Part shown: positions 17,668 through 26,468 of the stretch, piece after piece
Layout: each line of letters opens with the position of its first letter
How positions within the stretch are numbered: the first letter of the stretch is position 1
Assembly: GCA_963977445.1 (NCBI GenBank)
Contig: CAXBPH010000007.1
Location: forward strand, 1 to 50,063
DNA: 50,063 bases
DNA from: an uncultured bacterium
GTDB taxonomy: Bacteria > Hydrogenedentota > Hydrogenedentia > Hydrogenedentales > JAEUWI01
Direction: 5' to 3'
Made by a program: the position numbers and the translations under genes
Notes under the pieces: generated by a model
The model's input: the letters and a program-made list of their open reading frames with translations, nothing else
Told to the model about the DNA's origin: nothing
Database searches by the model: none

Positions 17668-17771
17668 AATGGTCAAAAACTAATTGAAGAGATCGTGGCC
17701 AGGCCGCCGCCAATGATAGTCCGTACGCAACCAAAACAAACACGCTTGGTTTGCTCGACGGCTACCTTCGC

Positions 17772-20700
17772 CTAATTGGGCGCGGAAGGTTCGGTGGGGA
17801 CGTCAGCCGTCCGTCGAAAACTTCCGAGGAAACGCAGGCACCACAGCTGAAAGTCATCAATCAGGCTGTAGAATACCGGCACGATAATCAGGGTCAGCAG
17901 GGTACCTACCGTCAATCCGCCAATGAGCGCACGACCGAGACCCGCGAAGGTGGCGGCACTGCCCGTGCTGACCAGCGCCAGAGGAACGAGGCCGAGTATG
18001 GTCGTCAAGGCGGTCATCATGACGGGTCGAAAACGGTCGCCCCCGGCCTTGACGATACAGTCGGTACGTCCAAGGTCGCCGCGCCGCACGAGATTGATGT
18101 GATCCACGATGACAATACCGTTATTCACGATGACACCTGCCATGAGTATGCAGCCAATCAGGGTGACACTGTCGAACTGGGAGCCCGTGAGAAAAAGCAT
18201 CCAAACGGCACCACCGAGGGCCATGGGCACGGTGGTAAGGATGGACATGGGAAAAAACACCGATTCAAACAGAGCACTCATAACCAGATAAATCAGGATG
18301 AGGGCCATGAGCATGGTACTCACAAAGTTTGTCGAGTTTTCGCCGAGTTCTTTCAGGGAGTCGCCAAAATCGACGGTGTAGCCCGTGGGCATCCGAAAAT
18401 CTTTGATCGCTACAGTGAGTTGGTTCTTGATGGCGCTGTAGTCGCTTGAGCGGGCCTGAGCCGTCACACTGATAACGTTTTTTCCGTTAAAGCGCTGTAT
18501 GATGGAGGCCGTCTGCCGTTTCGTAAAAGTGGCCAATCGACTGATGGGCACGGGCTGTCCGGTGGTGCCAATGACCGAAACTTTTTCGAGATTGGCCCGG
18601 GATTTTCTATCTTCTTCACGAAATTGTGCCCAAACCGGAATTTCGCGAATACCCTGCTTCATGTAGGGCAATCGGGCCCCACGCATCGCGGCATCGGCGG
18701 TGAGAGCAATTATCTGGGCATTGATCCCATATTGTTCGGCCAGGGGCTGGTCGATGCTAATCTGAATTTCGTTCTTGGCCCGTTCCGCGTCGCTGTCCAC
18801 ATCGCTGATGAGGGGCAGCCGTTCCAGGCGCTCCTGAAAGGCTTCCGCATAGCGCTCCAGGGTCTCGCGGTCATCCCCGGACATATAGACCGTGACTGTG
18901 CCGCCGGTGCCGGAATTGCCCGTGTCGGTGACGTTGTAGAGAACTTCGGCACCGGGCAAACGCTTGCCGAGTACGGTGCTGAGAATCTGCTTCACCTCGT
19001 CGGTCGTAAAGGGCGGATCTTCACCAAGGGGGCCATCGTCTTCGGTATACAAATAGACGTTAAACGAGCCCTGTCCGTTGGAATAGAACGTCATGACATT
19101 CTTGATGCCCAATTCATCACGGCGCTCATCAATCTTCGCTTCCATGGAAGCGAAGAGGTGGTCGGCACGGGCCATATCGTAACTTTGGTCCAATTGCACC
19201 TGAATGGCGACTTCCCGGGTATCCAGATTGGGCATATCACGCATGCCCACCCGTTTAAATGGGTAGACCATCGTTACGGCTCCCAACATGGTCAGGAGTA
19301 TCAAGGTCGCCAATCGGTTGTGGAGGGACCAGCGGAGGGCGGTGGAATAGCCTTTGATAATACGTTCAACAACGTGGAGGCGGGACAGCGCCCCCAGAAA
19401 TCCCGTCGGAATTCGTCCATCGTTGCCTGACCCGGAAAGTCGGTGAAACAAATTGGCGTGGTCGTCCAGCCGGATGCGGCTCATGACCAGGGGCACGACG
19501 GTAAGGGATATGACGAGGCTACCGGCCAGGGCCACAATAAGGGGCAGGCCAAGTTGCCGCATGAACACAGACATACTACCGGTGTCCATATAATACATGG
19601 GCACAAACACCACCCAGGTCGTTGTGGTCGCCGCGAGAATCGCGAGGCCCACTTCCCGGGCACCCCGAATGGAACTCTCTTTGGGGCTGAAGCCGAGCTG
19701 CCGGTGGCGCATGATATTTTCGACCACCACAATGGCGTTGTCGACCAACATACCCACGACGATGATCAGGGAAACCATCGTAATCATGTTGAGGGTCAAT
19801 TCTGCGAAGAACATGAAGACCAGCGCCACGACCAGCGAGGTGGGAATGGTCAGGGCCACCACGACGGTGGGCATGAGTCGATGCAAAAATATAAAGAGAA
19901 CAATCAAGGCCATGGCACCACCAAAGACACCCTCTTTCATCAGGTTTTCCAGGGCGCTGGTAATGTATTCGGATTGGTCGAAAAAGATTTTCTGGCCTGT
20001 ACCGTTAAAATCGGGAGACGCGAGGATATCTTCCATTTCTTCACGAATTAGACGGCAGGTCTGGACGGTGTTGGCCTCAGACTCCTTGGTGATGAGCACG
20101 AGCGCTCCCCCTTTGCCATCGAGGGAAACGTGCATACTTTCGTCGCGGGTCGCATAGCGAATCGTGGCCAGGTCGCGGAGGCGCATCCCGTCTGGCGATA
20201 CCACGAGGTCGCCGAGCTGGCTCAAACGGTCATATTCCCCAACAACCCGAACAATATGCTTGGCTTCTTCTTCCTTCAGCTCACCGACGGAGGCGTTGAT
20301 ACTGCTTTCCCGAAGGGTGAGAATGATGTCGAAAAGTCCGAGACCCAGATTTCGGAGGTGATCCTGTTCGAACTCGATGACCACTTCCCGCTCCGGACTG
20401 GAGGAGCGCAATTCCACATCGGCGACCCCGTCAATTCGGCGCAATCGGGGCTCCATAGACCGGCGTAACAAATCCACGAAGGCATCGTCATTGCCCTCCC
20501 TGAACAAACCGAAGGCCATGATGGGGATAGAGCGCGAACTGAATCGCTCCAGATACATCTGATCCACATCGTCAGGCAACACCAGTTTAAGGCGCTCGAT
20601 ACGGTCCCGAATCTCCGCTGCGGCCAGGCCCATATCCGTATCTTGCGTAAAGAGCATGCTGACAAAGAGCCCGTCGCTGTTCGATATGGTACGAATATCC

Positions 20701-20939
20701 TCCAGACCAGCCACGGTGCGAAACTCACCTTCGACCGGTATGGCGATCTGCTGCTCCACCTGCGCGGGTGTCGCTCCCGGATAGGGAATAGAAACCCCTA
20801 AAAAAGAGGGCTCCACGCTGGGCAGGAATTCCAATGGAATCCTATAGGCCGCAATGGCACCCAACAAGACCACGCTGAGACTGAGCATGGTGACCGTGAC
20901 GGGACGGCTCAGGGCAAATTGGGGTAGAGACACCCTCAC
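17772..20939 (-). CDS. RND efflux permease (AcrB/AcrD/AcrF family), subunit 2
   Basis: RPVTVTM, PGATPAQVE, GMLVDNAIVVVENI, VNNGIVIVD, RFRPVMMTALTT; GTG start overlaps the upstream stop. Confidence 0.93.
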   Translation of the reverse strand: MRVSLPQFALSRPVTVTMLSLSVVLLGAIAAYRIPLEFLPSVEPSFLGVSIPYPGATPAQVEQQIAIPVEGEFRTVAGLEDIRTISNSDGLFVSMLFTQDTDMGLAAAEIRDRIERLKLVLPDDVDQMYLERFSSRSIPIMAFGLFREGNDDAFVDLLRRSMEPRLRRIDGVADVELRSSSPEREVVIEFEQDHLRNLGLGLFDIILTLRESSINASVGELKEEEAKHIVRVVGEYDRLSQLGDLVVSPDGMRLRDLATIRYATRDESMHVSLDGKGGALVLITKESEANTVQTCRLIREEMEDILASPDFNGTGQKIFFDQSEYITSALENLMKEGVFGGAMALIVLFIFLHRLMPTVVVALTIPTSLVVALVFMFFAELTLNMITMVSLIIVVGMLVDNAIVVVENIMRHRQLGFSPKESSIRGAREVGLAILAATTTTWVVFVPMYYMDTGSMSVFMRQLGLPLIVALAGSLVISLTVVPLVMSRIRLDDHANLFHRLSGSGNDGRIPTGFLGALSRLHVVERIIKGYSTALRWSLHNRLATLILLTMLGAVTMVYPFKRVGMRDMPNLDTREVAIQVQLDQSYDMARADHLFASMEAKIDERRDELGIKNVMTFYSNGQGSFNVYLYTEDDGPLGEDPPFTTDEVKQILSTVLGKRLPGAEVLYNVTDTGNSGTGGTVTVYMSGDDRETLERYAEAFQERLERLPLISDVDSDAERAKNEIQISIDQPLAEQYGINAQIIALTADAAMRGARLPYMKQGIREIPVWAQFREEDRKSRANLEKVSVIGTTGQPVPISRLATFTKRQTASIIQRFNGKNVISVTAQARSSDYSAIKNQLTVAIKDFRMPTGYTVDFGDSLKELGENSTNFVSTMLMALILIYLVMSALFESVFFPMSILTTVPMALGGAVWMLFLTGSQFDSVTLIGCILMAGVIVNNGIVIVDHINLVRRGDLGRTDCIVKAGGDRFRPVMMTALTTILGLVPLALVSTGSAATFAGLGRALIGGLTVGTLLTLIIVPVFYSLIDDFQLWCLRFLGSFRRTADVPTEPSAPN

Positions 20940-23900
20940 GACGTGGACTCCTCCGGAGCATCGGGTGCATCCGGCGTATCGGGTGTAATGTCACGGCCCC
21001 CGAACATGTAGTAAATCGTGGGGATGATAATCAGGGTAAGAACGGTTGCGGACGTCAGGCCTGCCATTACGGTTACGGCCATGGGACGTCGCATTTCCGC
21101 GCCTTCACCCGATGCCACAATCATGGGCAGCAATCCCAGAATCGTGGTGACGGTGGTCATGAGAATGGGACGAAGGCGCACGGTGCCCGCTTCAATAATA
21201 GCCTTTTGTTTGGTGTAACCCCGTTGGCGCAGTTGGTTGATGTAGTCCACCAGCACGATGGCGTCATTCACCACAATACCGGCGAGAACAATGCCGCCGA
21301 GGAAGACCATGATACTCAGGTCGATAGACATCCAGTCGAGGGCGTAGACCACACCAATGAAGGCCAGGGGCACGCTGGCCATGACGAGGGCAGGCAGCCA
21401 GATGGATTCAAACTGACAGGCCATCACAACGTAAACCAGGAAAATGGCCAGCATCAAGGCAAAATAGAGACTGGAGTAGGAGGTCTCCAACTCCCGATTC
21501 TGACCGCCGAGTTCGAAATAGTAGCCTTGGGGACGATCCAGGGTCCGCACGGAACTCAGAATATCCCGCGATACGGCGGCGAGGTCCCGGTTATCAATGT
21601 TGGCCGTAATCACGACGACCCGACGCTGGTCCACCCGTCGAATCTCGCTGGGGCCCTCCTGAAGCTCAATTTTTGCTACGGACTCCAGGGGAATGACGTC
21701 ATCACCACTACCGAGGTTCAGTTGCTCCAGTTTACGGCGGCTGTCCAGAAAATTTTTCTCTGCCCTAACACGAATATCGATTTTTTCACCGGAAACACTA
21801 AACTTGGTGGGCACGTCACCCTGAAGCTCAGAACGTATCTTGGCGGCTACGTCGGTGACCGAAACTCCACGGGCCGCGAGAAGGGCCCGATCCGGGCGGA
21901 TAATCACTTCGGGATAGCCGGACTTTACGCTTAGCTCGGCGTCGGTTACCCCGGGCACTTCGGAAATACGCGCCAGGGCCTCTTCTCCCAAGTCTTTCAG
22001 CCGGGTCAGGTCTTCACCCACGACCTGCAGCTCGATAGCGGTCTTGAAACTGAAGAGCGAGGGCAATTGGAAGGTAATTTCCTCAGAAGGCGCCGGTGTC
22101 AGGCGCGTCCGTAAATCTTCGATAATCTCATCCTGGAAGAGGGCATTCCGGTCGGGATCAACGAGCAGCACAGAGAACTCCGCCACATTTTCCCCACGTT
22201 GGGTCGCGCCCTTGTCGCTCTCTTCACCCACCTCTACGGTCACCCGATCAATATCGGGGTGACTCCTCAGTTGGGCCTCGATTACCCGGGCGCGGCGCTC
22301 GGTTTGTTCAATGCGGGTACCCGCGCGGGTTTCCAGGCGTACGGTGAATTCGCCCTGTTTCATGGGCGGAATAAGTTCGCTACCGAGATCGCGCAGGGTG
22401 TAGACCGAGTGGGCGGCCAGCAAAATGGTGGCGAGCACAATAACCGGGCTGAAGCGAAGGGCATGCTCCAGGGTCGCGCCATAGGCCGCGCGGACCGCGT
22501 TAAAGGCGAGGTCAAAAAAGCGCAGGGGCAGCCAGAGAATAAATCGCATAACACTGCGAATCGAAATGTAGATAGCCAGGAATAGGAGGCACGTGAAAAA
22601 GAGCACCGTGATAGCCACGACGCCCAGGATGCCCAAGGCCAGCTGACACACCAGAAGCCCCAGGAGTAGCACCAGGAGAAAGGGATAAATAAGCACGATC
22701 AGGGCTTTTCGGAAGAAGCCCCACGCCGCCCACCCGCTACGGATGGCGCGGAAGGGGTCAAAGGCCTCGCGTACCGTGTTTCGCGTGTAATCCACCATAT
22801 AGGTAACCCCACGGGGCACCACGCCCACGACAGCCGCTATCCGGCCCCGTGAATCGGTACGTCGCAGTTCGCCGTAGGCTCGGAGCGCCCAGAACACCTG
22901 CTCCCCGCGATTGGCCTGCAAGGGCTTCCGGGAAACTACGAGGGGGATCAAATAGAGGGCCGTGAGTAACGACGCCAACAGGGAGAAGGTTACCGTCAGG
23001 GCCAAATCGCCAAAGAGCTGGCCGGCAATACCTTCGACAAAGGTGATGGGCATAAAAACGCAAATGGTCGTCAGGGTAGATGCAGTCACCGCACTGGCCA
23101 CTTCACGGGTACCCCGCTCGGCCGCCTCTACGGGGTCATCCCCCTCTTCCCGACAGCGAAAGATGCTTTCCAGCACCACAATGGAGTTATCCACGAGCAT
23201 GCCCACGCCCAGGGCCAATCCACCGAGGGACATGATATTGAGCGAAATGTCGCGCATGAAGAGGGGCACAAAGGTGGCCACCACCGAGATGGGGATGGCA
23301 AAACCGATGATCATGGTGCTCTTCAATTCCCGGAGGAAGATGAAAAGCACGATCAGGGCGAGGATACCCCCGATGATGGTCGCATCCTTCACTTCTTTGA
23401 TGGAGCCCTGGATAAATCGGGACTGATCGCTGATGAGCGTAAGCTCGACATCGTCGGGGAGTTCGTCGAGAAGACTGTAGCTTTCCAGTTCCTGCCGCAC
23501 TTCCTTGCCGGCCGCACGCTGTCGTTTGACCATATCTTCACGGACGGCCTTGACCAGGGCATCCATGAAATTCAGTTTTCGGTCGAAGCCCAGAATGTCT
23601 TTTACCTGGTTACAGACATCAACCGTATTGGCATCACCTTCTTTGTAGATTTCGAGGCCCACGGCTTCGCGCCCGTTGATGCGAACGACGGTTTCCCGTT
23701 CCTTGGTGCCCATGAAGATATCGGCAATGTCCGCCAGTCGAACGGTCTGGCCGGTCGCCGAGGTAATAATGGCGTCGTGTATATCTTTTACGCTGCCATA
23801 TTCATTGTAGGTGCGGACAAGATATTCGGAACGCCCTTCTTTCAGACGGCCGCTGGATTGACTGATATTCTGCTGGGCAAGACTGTTGCTCACCATTTCC

Positions 23901-24562
23901 ATGGTAAGGCCCAGGCTCTTTACCCGCTGGGGATCGACCAATACCTGGACTTCGGCCTCTTGCCCACCCTTGACGAGCACCTGGGCAATGCCTGCCTTGG
24001 CTTCAAGGTCACTCTTGAGGTGGCGTTCCGTCGCTTCGCGGATTACGGTGAGTAGTTTCTCATACCGCTCTTCCGCCGACTCGCTGCCTTCTCCCACCGG
24101 GTCCGGCGCGGTAATAGCCACCTGCATGACGGGATCCAGGGTGGGATCGAAGCGCAGAATTACGGGCTTTTTGGTAATCTCCTGGGGGGCCACAAACAAA
24201 TCGAGCCGATCGCGGACATCCTGCTGGGCCAGATGCATATCCGTATCCCAGGTGAATTCCATGATGATTTCGGAGAGGCCGGGGGACGACACGCTACTGA
24301 TTTCGACCAGCCCACTGACAATACTGAGCATTTCTTCCAGCGGGCGGGTGACCAGATTTTCCACCACCTCGGGTGCCGCACCCTCATATTCGGTTCGGAC
24401 CGTCAGGGTGGGGTAGTCGATGTCGGGCATCAGATTGATGGGCAGCTGCTGATAGGAGCGAATACCAAACACAATCAGCGTGAGGAAAATCATGGCCGTG
24501 GTAACGGGACGTCGAATCGCAAGACGATATTTCGCGGTCGGTGACTGCTGGTCTTCGGTCAT
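20936..24562 (-). CDS. RND efflux permease (AcrB family), subunit 1, with insertions
   Basis: RRPVTT, GAAPEVVE, GMLVDNSIVVLESI, VNDAIVLVD, RLRPILMTTVTT; 1208 aa. Confidence 0.93.
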   Translation of the reverse strand: MTEDQQSPTAKYRLAIRRPVTTAMIFLTLIVFGIRSYQQLPINLMPDIDYPTLTVRTEYEGAAPEVVENLVTRPLEEMLSIVSGLVEISSVSSPGLSEIIMEFTWDTDMHLAQQDVRDRLDLFVAPQEITKKPVILRFDPTLDPVMQVAITAPDPVGEGSESAEERYEKLLTVIREATERHLKSDLEAKAGIAQVLVKGGQEAEVQVLVDPQRVKSLGLTMEMVSNSLAQQNISQSSGRLKEGRSEYLVRTYNEYGSVKDIHDAIITSATGQTVRLADIADIFMGTKERETVVRINGREAVGLEIYKEGDANTVDVCNQVKDILGFDRKLNFMDALVKAVREDMVKRQRAAGKEVRQELESYSLLDELPDDVELTLISDQSRFIQGSIKEVKDATIIGGILALIVLFIFLRELKSTMIIGFAIPISVVATFVPLFMRDISLNIMSLGGLALGVGMLVDNSIVVLESIFRCREEGDDPVEAAERGTREVASAVTASTLTTICVFMPITFVEGIAGQLFGDLALTVTFSLLASLLTALYLIPLVVSRKPLQANRGEQVFWALRAYGELRRTDSRGRIAAVVGVVPRGVTYMVDYTRNTVREAFDPFRAIRSGWAAWGFFRKALIVLIYPFLLVLLLGLLVCQLALGILGVVAITVLFFTCLLFLAIYISIRSVMRFILWLPLRFFDLAFNAVRAAYGATLEHALRFSPVIVLATILLAAHSVYTLRDLGSELIPPMKQGEFTVRLETRAGTRIEQTERRARVIEAQLRSHPDIDRVTVEVGEESDKGATQRGENVAEFSVLLVDPDRNALFQDEIIEDLRTRLTPAPSEEITFQLPSLFSFKTAIELQVVGEDLTRLKDLGEEALARISEVPGVTDAELSVKSGYPEVIIRPDRALLAARGVSVTDVAAKIRSELQGDVPTKFSVSGEKIDIRVRAEKNFLDSRRKLEQLNLGSGDDVIPLESVAKIELQEGPSEIRRVDQRRVVVITANIDNRDLAAVSRDILSSVRTLDRPQGYYFELGGQNRELETSYSSLYFALMLAIFLVYVVMACQFESIWLPALVMASVPLAFIGVVYALDWMSIDLSIMVFLGGIVLAGIVVNDAIVLVDYINQLRQRGYTKQKAIIEAGTVRLRPILMTTVTTILGLLPMIVASGEGAEMRRPMAVTVMAGLTSATVLTLIIIPTIYYMFGGRDITPDTPDAPDAPEESTS

Positions 24563-24739
24563 AAGCTTCCTGTGCTATCTGGTCAAGCGACGAGACCGAT
24601 ACGGGCCGATAACGCGCTTGGCGGTCCTTCTGTCGAGAACTGTCTACTGCGGTAGAAATTCTGGTGCGACACGGGCGTATCATCGTCGGTGGTAGCGCGT
24701 CGCAACCTCGATTCATAGTGCGGCCCGGGGCCCCGAATG

Positions 24740-26026
24740 TTACATTCTGTGGGGTGGGCCATCCTTGCGTCGTACCGCATCATCTTCGGGAGCACGATTC
24801 TTGGCAGCTTCCAATGCCGCCTCGGCACTGAGCTCCGTCTTGGCGTTCAACGCACTTTCAATGGTGGCGATCTGCACCGCGTCTCCATCGTTGACGGTTT
24901 GTTGCCCCAGGGTAATCACCATATCGTCTTCACTGATGCCCCGGACGATTTCGGTGTAATCGCTGTCTTCCAAACCGGTTTCGACTTCCATCCGGGTCGC
25001 AATCCACTGCGTTGCGTTCTCGGGCGCGGCCTTCACTTTTACCGTCGAATCGCCCTCGGATTCCAACTTGGCTTCCCCGCTGGGATCTACGTCGGCTTCC
25101 GCGACCGGGGCCGCTTCTTCCGTAACCACCATGACATAGCGCCGGGTATTGTCCTCGATGATGGCATCTTTCGGCACGGCCAGTGCATCTGCCCGCGTAT
25201 CCATCACCAAACGGTAGCGGGCAAAGGCCGCCTCACGAAGGTATTTGTGGTCTTCGGCCTTAAAGTCGAGAATCACTTTGATGGCGCTGCTTTGAAGGTC
25301 TACTCCGGGGTTAATACGACGCACCGTGGCTTCAAACTCACGGTCACCGGCAGAATCGATGGTCACATAAGCCTGCTGGCCAACACGAAGTCGGGGCAAG
25401 TTACGCTCGTTTACATTAATGGGCAGCACATACGAAGCGGGGTCGACAATCGTAAAGACGGATACGCCCGAGGTGACCAACATACCCTGTTGCAAACTCC
25501 GCCGTGTCACGACGCCGTTGATGGGCGCACGAATCTTGAGATAGGTCAGTTGGACTTCCTGCATTTCCAGAGAGGCTTTTGCTTGCTCATAGCTGAACTT
25601 GGCGTTGTCGCGATCGGCGGGACTGCCAATACCCTCTCTCATCATGCCCTCGGCACGCTCGAAGGTCATTTTCTGCTGGGCCACATTCACCCGGGATTGG
25701 CGCACCTGGGCTTCCATCTCGGCCTGATCAAGCTCAGCAAGGACCTCGTCCTTCTTTACCCAATCGCCTTCCTCTACATTGAGGGTCAGGCAATGGCCGG
25801 TGCCTTTGGCCAGTACTTCCACCTGATTTTCGGCCTCAATACGCCCCGTTTCGGCGAGATACTGAGAAATATCACGACGAACAGGTTTCTCGGCTTCAAC
25901 CAGCGCAACCGACCGAACGGGCGTGTCTGCGATTATGGCAGCGACTTTGCCGCCGTCTTTATCGTTGCAGCCGACCATAAACAGCGCCAGCAAGACGAGC
26001 ACGATACCTGAATATGCCCTATGCAT
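24740..26026 (-). CDS. RND periplasmic adaptor (membrane fusion protein), predicted lipoprotein
   Basis: FMVGC lipobox, VEEGDWVKKDEVLAEL, IRAPINGVV, AVPKDAI, VETGL. ATG 26026 is preferred to TTG 26047. Confidence 0.9.
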   Translation of the reverse strand: MHRAYSGIVLVLLALFMVGCNDKDGGKVAAIIADTPVRSVALVEAEKPVRRDISQYLAETGRIEAENQVEVLAKGTGHCLTLNVEEGDWVKKDEVLAELDQAEMEAQVRQSRVNVAQQKMTFERAEGMMREGIGSPADRDNAKFSYEQAKASLEMQEVQLTYLKIRAPINGVVTRRSLQQGMLVTSGVSVFTIVDPASYVLPINVNERNLPRLRVGQQAYVTIDSAGDREFEATVRRINPGVDLQSSAIKVILDFKAEDHKYLREAAFARYRLVMDTRADALAVPKDAIIEDNTRRYVMVVTEEAAPVAEADVDPSGEAKLESEGDSTVKVKAAPENATQWIATRMEVETGLEDSDYTEIVRGISEDDMVITLGQQTVNDGDAVQIATIESALNAKTELSAEAALEAAKNRAPEDDAVRRKDGPPHRM

Positions 26027-26359
26027 GAGCAATGAAATTCCTTTCAAAAATTCCGACCACTATTGTATTATGGTCTATTGGAATGGCTTCGGATCGATAT
26101 TGGACTTTTGGGAATGGGGGAAGGTTGCACACCGGCCGCGTCCTACCCTACTCTAGAGACGCCCGAGTGTTACGGATGCCCTGTTACAATGCCTTTCACC
26201 AATATAGTGTTAGGGCTGTTACAGGTGCACGGTCTGAACCACACGGTGTATGTTGGATTATACCAGTAAGTTGGACGAAGTGTGCAATTCGCACGTTACA
26301 TTTTTTATGATAGCCACGGGAGAATTGGGAATTCATTCAATGGCCCCACGAATATATTG

Positions 26360-26388
26360 TTGACACAGAACTGCGAAAATGGCATGAT
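26360..26388 (+). promoter_or_regulatory. Putative sigma70 promoter of the PKD lipoprotein gene
   Basis: TTGACA-17 bp-CATGAT; the palindrome ATGGCAT-G-ATGCCAT overlaps the -10. Confidence 0.55.
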
Positions 26389-26468
26389 GCCATCGTGAAT
26401 GATCATACCTGATCCGGGCCAGTGGGGCCCGGTTGCGTCTTTGTGCGCGGAAGCAAGGAGCCTTTTGC

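Noticed and set aside
24563..24739. Small gene or regulatory RNA between the MFP and the first RND gene
   Set aside because: Candidate ORFs overlap their neighbours and lack an RBS or motifs, and no convincing stem set was found.
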